A DNA stretch of 55,299 nucleotides, from assembly GCA_964543035.1 (NCBI GenBank), contig CAZIVL010000001.1, forward strand, positions 433,736 through 489,034, given 5' to 3'. Position numbers and translations under genes: made by a program. The stretch is from an uncultured Gammaproteobacteria bacterium (GTDB taxonomy: Bacteria > Patescibacteriota > Microgenomatia > CAZETR01 > Amesbacteraceae). The notes under the pieces are model-generated. The model was not told the origin of the DNA. It did not search any database and saw only the letters and a list, made by a program, of their open reading frames with translations. Below are positions 14,687-24,427 of this stretch, piece after piece (position 1 is the stretch's first letter; every line of letters begins with the position of its first letter).

Positions 14687-14974
14687 TCAGTTGGCCAGTT
14701 GGCCTAGCAAATCCATCATCTTCTTTGAAGGTTTGGCTCGAGGAAGTCCTGGTAACTTCAGATGAGTATCAATTCTGTCCAATCTCTTCTCATGATCAAT
14801 CGATCTTCTGTCCATCTCATCTACAAACACAGTCAATTTTTTATCAATCCTGTCTAATTTTTTGTGAATTGGGACCAATTTTTCATCAATTTTCTCAAGT
14901 CCTGGACCTAATTTCGCATCTAATCGTCCATCGATTAGCTCTCCTATCTTTTTTAGATCTTGATTCGTCAACAT
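14687..14974 (-). CDS. small coiled-coil protein (95 aa)
   Basis: LEKIDEKLVPIHKKLDRIDKKLTVFVDEMDRRSIDHEKRLDRIDTHL. The repetitive RIDxKL heptads are similar in style to 6822-7337. Confidence 0.5.
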   Translation of the reverse strand: MLTNQDLKKIGELIDGRLDAKLGPGLEKIDEKLVPIHKKLDRIDKKLTVFVDEMDRRSIDHEKRLDRIDTHLKLPGLPRAKPSKKMMDLLGQLAN

Positions 14975-15014
14975 ACCACCAGAATATCACACAGTTACAA
15001 TTACCAATCAAGCA

Positions 15015-15680
15015 CTAAATACTAAGTCTCCAAACCTTCCCAGTCGTCTTCAATTTCTCAATCCAATCAGTGATCGCAGTTGATAGTTTTTGCTGCTTAA
15101 GAGCGGCTTCCGCTTCAGCTTTCCTCTCTTCTGGTTTCAGTGATGCCAACAGTTTCTCATTTTCTTTCAGATAGGCATCTACTTCTTCAGCAGAGACAGA
15201 CGCTTCTTTCTCCACCGCTTTTTCCACTCTCATTTTGAGGATCAGATCTTTTTTCAGATCGTTAATTGTCATTCCTCTTTCGGCTAGCAATGTTTCCAAA
15301 TCAGTTCCTTCTCCCAAGGTTCCTTTGATTTCTTCGATCTTGGCATCTACTTCACTGTCTGGGATCTTGATACCTAGTTTGTCCAGTTCTGCCTCAGCCA
15401 GCTTCTGTGTAACCAGAGAATCTACCATTGCTAGTCCTCCCTGAGCAAACAATGCTTGGTCTACCTGATACCGAAAGATTGGCATGTTGTTGACCAGGGC
15501 TACCACAGGCCAAGTTTTAGTGCGATACCAAAAGAAGACTAAACCAGCAACTATTACTGCTAAACCAAAATACACTCTCATCCCACCACTCCTATTAGCC
15601 ACAGGTGCACTCATAACCGGAGTATCAAATGCCACTACGTCTTCTTCGACTTCTTTTTGGACTTTTCTTCTCGCTGCCAT
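15015..15680 (-). CDS. membrane-anchored SurA N-terminal domain/PrsA-like chaperone (no obvious parvulin domain)
   Basis: TM helix YFGLAVIVAGLVFFWY, then VDQALFAQGG...LVTQKLAEAELDKLGIKIPDSEVDAKIEEIK, typical of the SurA_N region. Confidence 0.5.
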   Translation of the reverse strand: MAARRKVQKEVEEDVVAFDTPVMSAPVANRSGGMRVYFGLAVIVAGLVFFWYRTKTWPVVALVNNMPIFRYQVDQALFAQGGLAMVDSLVTQKLAEAELDKLGIKIPDSEVDAKIEEIKGTLGEGTDLETLLAERGMTINDLKKDLILKMRVEKAVEKEASVSAEEVDAYLKENEKLLASLKPEERKAEAEAALKQQKLSTAITDWIEKLKTTGKVWRLSI

Positions 15681-15882
15681 GATGCAAGAAATAATATCCT
15701 ACATTTCCCACGCTCGCAACCCCCAAATATAGCTTGCACAAAAAGATATAATAGATATATGTCAGAAGAAACGATCGGAGATGCAAAATCAGAGCCAAAT
15801 GGCTGCGCCGACCAAATCTTCAAAGTCATTGAGTTTTGTTTGGTCATAAGCTTCGTCTCAATCCTCGCTGTATACTGATCTC

Positions 15883-16797
15883 ATGCTCGTAGACGAAATC
15901 GATATTGTTTTGACGGCTGGTCACGGCGGTCCAGGCAAGCTAGCTCCCGTAAAAACACCCACTTTTAGACCAGTTGGTGGCGACGGCGGCCGTGGGGGAG
16001 ATATCTATGCGACAGTTACTACAGACCTCATGGTGCTCAATCGACTTGCCGGTGTCCCCGAGATCAAAGCCGAGGATGGAGAAAAGGGCGGCATGAACGG
16101 CTCGTCCGGAAAAAATGGCTCAGATATCACCATCCAAATCCCCGTGGGGACTTCTATCGTGGATACTAAGACTGGAAAAATAATCGAAGCAGGTACACCC
16201 AATACCACGCTTCTTCTATGCAAAGGCGGCATCGGTGGCCGGGGTGGCAACTATCGAGCTCAGCCGGGGAGAGCCGGAGTCCAGATTCATGCCAAATTGA
16301 TTCTCAAGCTTATTGCCGACTACGGCTTTGTGGGACTACCAAATGCCGGCAAAAGCAGTCTCCTAAACGAGTTGACCAATGCCAACGCTCCCGTAGGAGC
16401 ATATCCCTTCACCACTCTCGAGCCAAATCTAGGAGTAATCGGCGGCAAAATCATTGCCGATATTCCAGGTCTTATCGAAGGAGCATCCGAAGGGAGAGGA
16501 CTGGGTATCAAGTTCCTAAAGCACATCGAAAAAGTTTCTACTCTCTATCACTGCATAGCCGCAGACAGTGAAAATATTTCAGCTGATTATGAGACTATTA
16601 CTCGAGAGTTGACAGAGTTTGGGTCCGGTCTTGAGACCAAGCCCAGAATCATAATTCTTACCAAGACTGATTTGGTCACTCAACACCAAATTGAATCAAG
16701 CGTAAATGAACTTCAAAAGTTTGGCCACGAAGTCCTCACCTGTTCTATATATGATCCCGAAAGCATCGATGCCCTAAAACTTCATCTCAGCTGTTAA
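15883..16797 (+). CDS. obg: GTPase Obg (short, no C-terminal domain)
   Basis: Obg fold with Gly-rich GGDGGRGGDIY and KGGIGGRGGN. G1 is GLPNAGKSSLL, G2 is FTTLEPNLG, G3 is DIPGLIEGA. Confidence 0.9.
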   Translation: MLVDEIDIVLTAGHGGPGKLAPVKTPTFRPVGGDGGRGGDIYATVTTDLMVLNRLAGVPEIKAEDGEKGGMNGSSGKNGSDITIQIPVGTSIVDTKTGKIIEAGTPNTTLLLCKGGIGGRGGNYRAQPGRAGVQIHAKLILKLIADYGFVGLPNAGKSSLLNELTNANAPVGAYPFTTLEPNLGVIGGKIIADIPGLIEGASEGRGLGIKFLKHIEKVSTLYHCIAADSENISADYETITRELTEFGSGLETKPRIIILTKTDLVTQHQIESSVNELQKFGHEVLTCSIYDPESIDALKLHLSC

Positions 16798-16810
16798 AAT
16801 AATCCTCACT

Positions 16811-18223
16811 ATGGCTCAAAACGACGTCGTCATTCGCTTTAACGAGGTTTCTTTCAAGTACAGTGACAAAAAAGTCATTCTGGACGAAGCCAATTTTTCA
16901 GTGCGCAGAAACACCATCATGACCATCATGGGTCAAAATGGCGCTGGCAAAAGCACCATCTTCAAGCTTCTTTTAGGAGAGCTCACTCCTCAGTCAGGAA
17001 AAATAAATATGGAGCTAGGAACTACCGTGGGTATTGCCAAGCAGATGATACCAGTAGACATGCAGGAGCTCGACATTGTCGCTTATTTCAAGACGGCTCT
17101 TCCAGACAAAGAATATGGTATCGAAGGCGATATTGTAAAAATCCTCAAAGTCGTAAACCTAGATATTCCTCTAACTAGGATTGTAAAGAGTCTTTCAGGG
17201 GGCCAAAAAGCCAGACTACTTCTGGCCTACGCCCTCATTTCTGAGCCCGATGTATTACTCCTAGATGAGCCCACCAACAATCTCGATAGTACCGGCATCG
17301 AGCACCTGACCACATTTCTGATTGAATACAAAAAAACTTGTCTCGTCATTTCTCACGACGCCGATTTTCTCAACTGCTTTACTGACGGAGTCATAAATCT
17401 GGATGTGGCTACGAAAAAAACGGAGCAATTCGAGGGCAACTATTATGACGTCTTGTCAGAAATGGCCGCCAAGCTCGAAAGAGACCGACTCCTAAATTCT
17501 AGGTTAGAAAAAAGTATTAAGGATCGCTTTGAAAAGATAAATAAGCTAGGTGGCAAAAGTATCGCCATGAGTCAGCTGGCCAGGAGGATAAGAGAAGATA
17601 TCGAGGAGGATAGGGAGGAGATGGTCGACATGCGAAGGGAAGATAAGACTATTCCAGATTTCACAATCAGAGACCAAGAGTACGTGGGTCAAATCGGAAG
17701 ACTTACACAGCCTGTCGAGCTGGGGTTAAACAAAGGCACCCGGGTTCTTATCAAAGGGCCAAATGGTATTGGCAAAAGTACTCTCCTCAAGTCTATTCTG
17801 AAAGGGGAGTCAGCCCAGATTAATTCCGAAGTCCGGATTGGTTACTACAGTCAGGATTTTTCCGAGCTGGACTTTGACCAGACGGGCTATGAGTCCCTAT
17901 ATTCAGTATCCCAGACCAAAAGAGTCCAGGATATTTATGAAGCCGGAGGCAGGTTCTTACTCAGTAGTGAAATCTTGGCCAACAAGGTAGAGTCTATGTC
18001 CGAAGGTCAAAAGGGGTTACTTTGTTACGCCCGGTTCATGCTCCAAGTTCCCGGCATCCTGATTTTGGACGAGCCCACCAATCACATCAACTTCCGCCAT
18101 ATTCCAGTCATAGCTAGCGCTATCAACAATTACAAAGGTCCCATCATCTTCGTCAGCCACTTAGCTGATTTTGTTGATAAGATAAAAGTAACAGTGGAAA
18201 TCGATCTAGAAAAATACAGATAG
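16811..18223 (+). CDS. ABC-F family ATPase (two ABC cassettes, no TM domain)
   Basis: GQNGAGKST/LSGGQKARLLLA/LLLDEPTN, then GPNGIGKSTLL/MSEGQKGLL/LILDEPTNH, with a charged linker (RIREDIEEDREEM) between them. Confidence 0.85.
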   Translation: MAQNDVVIRFNEVSFKYSDKKVILDEANFSVRRNTIMTIMGQNGAGKSTIFKLLLGELTPQSGKINMELGTTVGIAKQMIPVDMQELDIVAYFKTALPDKEYGIEGDIVKILKVVNLDIPLTRIVKSLSGGQKARLLLAYALISEPDVLLLDEPTNNLDSTGIEHLTTFLIEYKKTCLVISHDADFLNCFTDGVINLDVATKKTEQFEGNYYDVLSEMAAKLERDRLLNSRLEKSIKDRFEKINKLGGKSIAMSQLARRIREDIEEDREEMVDMRREDKTIPDFTIRDQEYVGQIGRLTQPVELGLNKGTRVLIKGPNGIGKSTLLKSILKGESAQINSEVRIGYYSQDFSELDFDQTGYESLYSVSQTKRVQDIYEAGGRFLLSSEILANKVESMSEGQKGLLCYARFMLQVPGILILDEPTNHINFRHIPVIASAINNYKGPIIFVSHLADFVDKIKVTVEIDLEKYR

Positions 18224-18232
18224 AAAAACCCG

Positions 18233-19612
18233 ATGTCAAAAACAGAGGTGTCTAGTACAGAGTATATAGCTCAAGTAAACAGAGTCGTAAAACAAGTTGT
18301 GGAGTCTCCTGACTACCTAGATCCATCGACGGGTTACGTTTCCCAAGCAGCCTGGAATAGTTTGGTCCAAGGTGGAATTTTAGCCGCTGCACTCCATGAT
18401 CGGGATCCCAAAAACTATCGAAGAGAGAAAATGGCAGTTATACGAGACACTTCCAGCACAGATCCCCAACTTGGTCTTATGTACGGCATCATGACAGCCC
18501 TCGTCATAGACAATATTTACAAATTTGCCCCAGATGGTTTAAGAAACGAGTATTTTGACAAGATAAGAGATGGTCGGTTGTGCGGACTCGCCTTTACAGA
18601 AAGAAAGATATCTGGCAGCTCCATACAAATGAATTCCCGCTTCACCGAGAATGGTTATCTAACTTTTTCAAAAAGATTTCAAGGCATCTCCGGTCACGAT
18701 CTTTTAGTCTTTGCCCAATCGACAGATAATCCGTACTTACTCGGTCTGTTTTTAGTTGAAAAACAATATATCACCACCGAATTTATCCAAACAGAAGGAC
18801 TCGGGGGCATTCCTTATGCTTTCAACTCAGGTCACGTACCAATGGATATCGTGCATCAAATTGCTTTACTCCACACCCGAAAAGACTTAGGGGTAATTCA
18901 ACAAATTTTCACAGAAAGCAGGTTGGGATTTCCTGGCATGTCTTTGGGTCAATTAGAACTCTTGGAGAGAATCGCAAAGCAGTATTCAGAAAACAGACTG
19001 ATCGGTGCCTCACTCCAAAAAGATATGGCAATTCCTAAAAGTGAACTGGAATCAATCATGGCCAGGCGAATGGTAGTACAAGCAATATATGAGCACAGTA
19101 TCGACTATTTAAATTTACATCCTGACACACTTAGGCTTGCTCCCGAAGGCAGTTTGATCAAAGCGCTCTCAACCGAATACGCGTTACTTGCCGCCCTCAC
19201 TGCAGCAAAGCTTGGCGGGGGAGACTCATATACTGCTGGTTCAAAATTGAGCCTAGTAAACGATATATGGCCGTTTACTATTTTTGAAGGCAACAATGAC
19301 ATGCTTTATAGCCAAGCAGGTCGATCACTTGCCCGAAGTTTATTGTATGACCAAGAATTGCCAGGTGGACTATTTGACAGGTCAAGAGCTGCCCAAAATC
19401 TTTTTCCAGGGTCCAAAGCGGTCATAGACAGATTGGTCGCAATTAACAAAGACGTGGGTTTAGAAAATATCTGGGGCCAAATAGCAGCCAGGTGTTTAGC
19501 TCTAGGTTGTTTAGACAAAGACCGACTAGACACTCACGACTACACCCTAGCCACCGAGCTTCTCAACCTAGAAATCCAACAAATCGGGCTAAAATACAAG
19601 ATCGGTATATAA
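18233..19612 (+). CDS. acyl-CoA dehydrogenase-fold protein (divergent)
   Basis: CGLAFTERKISGSS resembles ACAD signature 1. C-terminal AAKLGGGDSYTAGSKLSLVNDIWPFTIFEGNNDMLYSQAGRSL resembles the ACAD C-terminal helix bundle (..IYEGTNEI..). Confidence 0.5.
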   Translation: MSKTEVSSTEYIAQVNRVVKQVVESPDYLDPSTGYVSQAAWNSLVQGGILAAALHDRDPKNYRREKMAVIRDTSSTDPQLGLMYGIMTALVIDNIYKFAPDGLRNEYFDKIRDGRLCGLAFTERKISGSSIQMNSRFTENGYLTFSKRFQGISGHDLLVFAQSTDNPYLLGLFLVEKQYITTEFIQTEGLGGIPYAFNSGHVPMDIVHQIALLHTRKDLGVIQQIFTESRLGFPGMSLGQLELLERIAKQYSENRLIGASLQKDMAIPKSELESIMARRMVVQAIYEHSIDYLNLHPDTLRLAPEGSLIKALSTEYALLAALTAAKLGGGDSYTAGSKLSLVNDIWPFTIFEGNNDMLYSQAGRSLARSLLYDQELPGGLFDRSRAAQNLFPGSKAVIDRLVAINKDVGLENIWGQIAARCLALGCLDKDRLDTHDYTLATELLNLEIQQIGLKYKIGI

Positions 19613-19621
19613 TTTCAATAT

Positions 19622-20182
19622 ATGGACAACTACGAGAGATTTTCAGAACAAGCAGAGATAGACGAAGAAACGCTTGGTATATTTTCTCTGGCCAAAGAAA
19701 TTGCAATTGCAGCCAAAGAATCAGGCAAAAGGTACCATATGGGCGGGGGAATAGCGATTGATCTATCTGTAGGCAACATTACTCGCAATCATCACGACAT
19801 AGACTTTCATCCCGAGCTGGCTGATTTAGATTGGTGGCTCGCGTGGCTCAAGAAACATGATCTGAATCCAATTAGAATCGAAGATAGCCCCTTTCCAGAA
19901 ACATTTAAAGTGCGTAACAAATCGGGTAGTGCCGTGGTAGACCTCTGGCCATTTAGACTCACAGATGGCGTATTAGTTTTTAATCAAAATGGAGAGTATG
20001 TAGATACCGGCAAAAAATGGGACGAGACCAGAACTGTCGAGTTTCAAGGGGTAGAATTTAGAATAGAAAATCCTCTGAGAGTTCTAGATCAAAAAACTTA
20101 TGATTTTAGACACGGCAAGCCGATGAGAGAGCAAGACATTCACGATTTCAAACTGTTAGGTCAAGGACTACCAACTAGATAA
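19622..20182 (+). CDS. nucleotidyltransferase of the aminoglycoside-2''-adenylyltransferase-like (PF10706-type) family
   Basis: YHMGGGIAIDLSVGNITRNHHDIDF matches the remembered G-G-W-x-x-D-x-x-x-G-x-x-T-R-x-H-x-D-x-D pattern of that family. Confidence 0.5.
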   Translation: MDNYERFSEQAEIDEETLGIFSLAKEIAIAAKESGKRYHMGGGIAIDLSVGNITRNHHDIDFHPELADLDWWLAWLKKHDLNPIRIEDSPFPETFKVRNKSGSAVVDLWPFRLTDGVLVFNQNGEYVDTGKKWDETRTVEFQGVEFRIENPLRVLDQKTYDFRHGKPMREQDIHDFKLLGQGLPTR

Positions 20183-20394
20183 CGTAGCTACCAAACTTAC
20201 TTTTTATGAAATTTAAACAATTCAATCGGTTGACCTTTGTTCAAAACATCTCCCCAAAGAGTGAAAACAAGCAAAAATGGAGCCGCAACTCCCGAAATCA
20301 AAAATAACTTCATATCACCACTTCTTTGCCAAGGCAGTGACTCCAAGACAGATTCTATTAAACTTCTCGTCAGTGGAAACACTTCGTTTGACAT

Positions 20395-20471
20395 TGGGGT
20401 GGTCGACGGGATTTGAACCCGCAATCCCCAGATCCACAATCTGGTGCGTTAACCATTACGCTACGACCACC
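20395..20471 (-). tRNA. tRNA-His (anticodon GTG) with encoded G-1 and CCA
   Basis: The reverse complement is G-GTGGTCG-TA-GCG..CCAGA-TTGTGGA-TCTGG..GCGGG-TTCAAAT-CCCGT-CGACCAC-C-CCA. Confidence 0.85.
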
Positions 20472-20562
20472 ATGTTAATGGACGATGAGCTCGGCTCATA
20501 CGACCACCATGCGCAACACTAATTTTATCACGATGACAGGCACTAACTGTTAAAATCACCCC

Positions 20563-21309
20563 ATGAGCACTTCATGGCACAAAGCCGGGGACTGGTATGG
20601 CAAGATCGTGGGGGACTCTGGCCATCATTATCATCAGGAAGTGATTTTCCCCAAACTTCTCCCTCTTTTGGAGATTAGTTCAGGTTCAAAAGTCCTAGAT
20701 CTGGGCTGTGGCAACGGAGTTTTGGCAAATCATCTCCCAAAAAATACCACTTATTTTGGCCTCGATTCGGCAGCGTCTTTAGTAAATCTAGCCAAACAAA
20801 ATTCAAAAAATAAAAATCATCAGTTTTTTATTCACGACGTCACTCGTCCATACCCATTCCACTACACCGATTTCACCCACGCCATCTTTATTCTTTCTCT
20901 GCAGAATATAGAGCAGGGGAGTCAGGCTATTTTAGAAGCTTCTCGTCACCTCAAGCCAGGAGGGACACTGGCAATTGTCCTCAATCATCCAACATTTCGA
21001 ATCCCCAGACAAACAAGTTGGCAAATAGATCCCCAAAACAAGACAGAATATCGCCGTATTGATCGGTATCTGTCTCCTATCAAAATACCGATTACCACCC
21101 ATCCTGGCCAGCCAGACTCAAATGTAACCTGGACATTCCATCACCCCATAAGCGATTACATCCACTGGCTTAAAGAAGCAGGACTAAAGGTCACAAGTAT
21201 CGAGGAGTGGTCGGGAGACAAAACCAGTGTAGGCCGTGCCGCTCGCATGGAAAACCGGGCTAGGGCAGAATTTCCTCTCTTCATGGCCATCCTGGCGCAA
21301 AAGGGCTAA
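20563..21309 (+). CDS. class I SAM-dependent methyltransferase
   Basis: Motif I VLDLGCGNGVLA and post-I YFGLDSA, plus LKPGGTLAIV. Confidence 0.8.
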   Translation: MSTSWHKAGDWYGKIVGDSGHHYHQEVIFPKLLPLLEISSGSKVLDLGCGNGVLANHLPKNTTYFGLDSAASLVNLAKQNSKNKNHQFFIHDVTRPYPFHYTDFTHAIFILSLQNIEQGSQAILEASRHLKPGGTLAIVLNHPTFRIPRQTSWQIDPQNKTEYRRIDRYLSPIKIPITTHPGQPDSNVTWTFHHPISDYIHWLKEAGLKVTSIEEWSGDKTSVGRAARMENRARAEFPLFMAILAQKG

Positions 21310-21321
21310 AATATACTCTAA

Positions 21322-21395
21322 GCGCCCGTAGCTCAACGGATTAGAGCGACAGTCTTCGGAACTGCAGGTTGCAAGTTCGATTCTTGCCGGGCGCA
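21322..21395 (+). tRNA. tRNA-Arg (anticodon TCG)
   Basis: GCGCCCG-TA-GCTC-AACGGATT-AGAGC-G-ACAGT-CTTCGGA-ACTGC-AGGTT-GCAAG-TTCGATT-CTTGC-CGGGCGC-A. Confidence 0.75.
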
Positions 21396-21400
21396 CAAAC

Positions 21401-22423
21401 TTACCCTTCTCCCAAACTCTTTATCTCCGGCAACGAGGCTCCCATTATTCCCGCCAGGTCTCCATGCATGCCATGAGTGTGGTCAATTACAGATCTAAGT
21501 GATTTTTCTTGTCTACTCCACTTGGCCGAAAACCACTTTCTCTCCTTTTCTATTTCCTCTCGCATCACCTCAAACGCATCCACGATCGTCTCCACTCGCT
21601 GTTTAAACTCAATCCCAGACAAGTAGTTATAGAGAATCTCCATTTTTTCATTTTTACCTACGGCCGACTTACGGATGTAGTGTGCTTGGATTAGATTAGC
21701 TCGCAAGGCCATTGCCAGTCCTACCGCAAACGCCCTTCCACATACCCAAACCTGGTCCACAAAAGCCGCTGTTTTGATGTTGGAAGGCAAGTTTTCTGAG
21801 ACTACTACTGACAGCTCCGCCTTTAATTGTCTTTGGTCATCTTTGAGCTTGGCAATCCACCCCTCACTCCACTTAGCGTTTTTTATTTCCCACAGTATCA
21901 CTCCACACTTGGTCCCCCGACTATCCCACACTTCTTGAACGAGGTCCGCCCCTCTTATTCCCTTTGCCACCGGCTCTATCTTGTCATTGGGAAACTCAGA
22001 CTTTAGTTGATTTTCTAGTTCCAGCTCCATTACTTCTCCCTGATTTTGTTGCGAGCCTTGTTGCAATTTATGTTTGAGATCTTCGTTTACTTTTAGAGCA
22101 TCTGAGAGTTGCTTTTGCATTTCCAAAGTTTTTAGATGAGTTGACTCTTCAGCCTTTTTTATTGCCTCAACTCGGATCTTTTCTTCCTCAGCCATCAGTT
22201 TCTTTTGCATGTCTATCTCCATCTCCGATTCTCTCTTTTTCATATCTCTCATCTGCTTTATCATCTCTGCCACTTGATCATTCGAGTCTTTTATTCTTTT
22301 TTCATATTCATCCTTAAACCTCTGCACCTCTGTCTCTTTGACGCTCTCACGAACCTGGTGCATTACAGCCTCTGATATCTCGACCGATTTACCACAGTGT
22401 GGACATACGAAGTTTGTATCCAT
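21401..22423 (-). CDS. DUF2130-family protein (N-terminal zinc ribbon, long coiled coil, C-terminal nuclease-like domain)
   Basis: CPHCGKSVEISEAVMHQ at the N-terminus, a ~120-aa E/K-rich coiled coil, then GIRGADLVQEVWDSRGTKCGVILWEIKNAKWSEGWIAKLKDDQR, as remembered for DUF2130. Confidence 0.6.
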   Translation of the reverse strand: MDTNFVCPHCGKSVEISEAVMHQVRESVKETEVQRFKDEYEKRIKDSNDQVAEMIKQMRDMKKRESEMEIDMQKKLMAEEEKIRVEAIKKAEESTHLKTLEMQKQLSDALKVNEDLKHKLQQGSQQNQGEVMELELENQLKSEFPNDKIEPVAKGIRGADLVQEVWDSRGTKCGVILWEIKNAKWSEGWIAKLKDDQRQLKAELSVVVSENLPSNIKTAAFVDQVWVCGRAFAVGLAMALRANLIQAHYIRKSAVGKNEKMEILYNYLSGIEFKQRVETIVDAFEVMREEIEKERKWFSAKWSRQEKSLRSVIDHTHGMHGDLAGIMGASLPEIKSLGEG

Positions 22424-22452
22424 ATAGACAAGTCTATATAATAACTGCTAAC

Positions 22453-23562
22453 ATGAGTTTTATGAAGGCGCTGATCGCAATTGTTCTTGCCGCCGGTGCT
22501 TTGACATTCGTTTTCAACCAAGTAGATACCGACCCCACCGCCAAAGCAAACCGACCTCAGCCAATCAGAAAGATATCTGGTCTTATTCGTGATCGCCTCA
22601 GACCATCAGGGTCTCCATCAGGCACCCCCCTCCCATCCTCGGACAATCCGTTTGGTGTAATGTTTCCTTCAGTTCAGCTGTCGATTGATACCAAGATAGG
22701 TATGGCAAATTCCTTAGGTGCTTCATATTACAGACCCGCAGATGTAAAAGTTCACACCAACACGGTCAATTGCGCAGATTGCGCAAAACTCACAGCAGCA
22801 GGTTTCAAACTAGTTCTTACTACCAGAAATGGCGGGGGAGCAGGGAATCCCAGCACGCCTCCTTCAGACTACAATCTATACAAGGCAAATATTGCAAAAG
22901 TGTTGGATACATACAAACCCGCTCTTCTGGTCATCGAAAACGAAGAAAATTCTATGGCGCTATTTTATTCAGGTACTCCCACCCAATATCACGAGCAGCT
23001 CAGGACGGCATGTACCATTGCTCACCAAAAAGGTTACAAATGCACCAACGGGGGACTCGTAAGCAGTATGACAGCTGCCTTGGTCCTGGAAGACTATTAC
23101 AATGCAGGCAAAAGATCAGAAGCCGAAAGCTATTTCCAGAGGACGTTGGCCGGCCGTGATGGCGTACCAGCCACTTACGAGCAGCTCCGAGCCACCAGTG
23201 CATTTCAGACCCAAGTCACTCGTGGCCAGCAGCTAATAGCCGGTTACAAAGCCGCAGGTGCCGACTACATCAATTTTCACTGGTATGTCGCAGATACCAA
23301 AGCTCTAGAAGAGACACTGGCTTATTTGCGCCGCATTACCGGACTCCAACCTATCACCAATGAGATTGGTCAGCAAAACAACGAGAGTCCTACCCAAGTC
23401 ACGACCGTCATGCAAAAGGTCAAAGACTTAGGCATTCCTGTGGCAGTCTGGTTTAGTCACGATGTCTCAGGCTTTGCCGGAGCTAAGTCACTTTTCAATA
23501 CCGATGGCTCCATCCGCCCCAACGGCCAGGCCTTCGCCGACTTCATCTCTACAAACTACTAA
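22453..23562 (+). CDS. exported hypothetical protein, possibly a TIM-barrel glycoside-hydrolase-like fold
   Basis: The start is taken at ATG 22453 (MSFMKALIAIVLAAGALTFV signal/TM), because the track start 22399 overlaps the divergent gene. LLVIENEENS and YINFHWY are reminiscent of GH clan A motifs. This is a weak assignment. Confidence 0.4.
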   Translation: MSFMKALIAIVLAAGALTFVFNQVDTDPTAKANRPQPIRKISGLIRDRLRPSGSPSGTPLPSSDNPFGVMFPSVQLSIDTKIGMANSLGASYYRPADVKVHTNTVNCADCAKLTAAGFKLVLTTRNGGGAGNPSTPPSDYNLYKANIAKVLDTYKPALLVIENEENSMALFYSGTPTQYHEQLRTACTIAHQKGYKCTNGGLVSSMTAALVLEDYYNAGKRSEAESYFQRTLAGRDGVPATYEQLRATSAFQTQVTRGQQLIAGYKAAGADYINFHWYVADTKALEETLAYLRRITGLQPITNEIGQQNNESPTQVTTVMQKVKDLGIPVAVWFSHDVSGFAGAKSLFNTDGSIRPNGQAFADFISTNY

Positions 23563-24294
23563 ATGTCCTGGAACAAATTTGAATCTCGTCTTGGTGTCTT
23601 GTCATACCACGCGACCAAGCCAGCTCAAAAAACAGTCGTTTACATTCACGGAGGATTTGGAGGGGTAGATTCAACCGAAAATCTTAGTAACGAGCTCGAA
23701 TGCGAGTATCAAATTTTGTCTCCATGCCTACCAGGACACGGAAAATCGTTTGCTCTTAATCGAAAGTCTACTTACAACGATCTCAAAGATCCAGTTAGTG
23801 ACTTTTTGAATCATGTACACGACAAATTTGGAAAGTTCGTTTTGACTGGACATTCTCTAGGAGGAAGAGTAGCTTGGGACCTCAGTGAAACGCACACAGA
23901 TCACATAGACAAACTATTGTTGTTTTCACCACTTCTTACACCAATCAACAGTAGTTTTATTCAGACGGCCATCAGAGTCTCGACTGATTATGTATCATCG
24001 GTCAAAAGTCCAATTGAAAATATTTGGAAATATGGACTCATAGACAATTTTCTTCGTCCACTAGATCTAGTTCACATCTGGAGAATCATTTCATCATTAG
24101 GTCCTACAGAATTCACGAGTCAAACGCTTCCAGCCATGGTCGTCTGGGGAAAAAAAGACAAAGTATTACCTCTAGACAATACAAAAGTATTTCTAGCACA
24201 AATAAAGGCAGTTAGCTTGCTGAGCATCAACGAAGGTCATTATGGATACAACACTGGGGATCACTGGGACGAGATTAGAGAGTTTCTTAAGTGA
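23563..24294 (+). CDS. alpha/beta-fold hydrolase
   Basis: VVYIHGGFGG oxyanion region, nucleophile elbow LTGHSLGG, C-terminal EGHYG. Confidence 0.75.
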   Translation: MSWNKFESRLGVLSYHATKPAQKTVVYIHGGFGGVDSTENLSNELECEYQILSPCLPGHGKSFALNRKSTYNDLKDPVSDFLNHVHDKFGKFVLTGHSLGGRVAWDLSETHTDHIDKLLLFSPLLTPINSSFIQTAIRVSTDYVSSVKSPIENIWKYGLIDNFLRPLDLVHIWRIISSLGPTEFTSQTLPAMVVWGKKDKVLPLDNTKVFLAQIKAVSLLSINEGHYGYNTGDHWDEIREFLK

Positions 24295-24352
24295 TTTTGG
24301 TAAAATAGACCAGCGGTTATACGCTTTCAGCGTTACCCGCTCGCAGTAGCTC

Positions 24353-24426
24353 GCGGGTATAGCTCAATGGTAGAGCACCAGTTTTCCAAACTGGCTACAG
24401 GGGTCCGATTCCCCTTACCCGCTCCA
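24353..24426 (+). tRNA. tRNA-Gly (anticodon TCC), CCA encoded
   Basis: GCGGGTA-TA-GCTC-AATGGTA-GAGC-A-CCAGT-TTTCCAA-ACTGG-CTAC-AGGGG-TCCGATT-CCCCT-TACCCGC-T-CCA. The next gene's ATG starts 2 nt after the CCA. Confidence 0.85.
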
Positions 24427-24427
24427 G

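Noticed and set aside
20197-20439. 80-aa minus-strand ORF and 20277-20522 plus-strand ORF
   Set aside because: Both overlap the tRNA-His gene and have no coding signatures.
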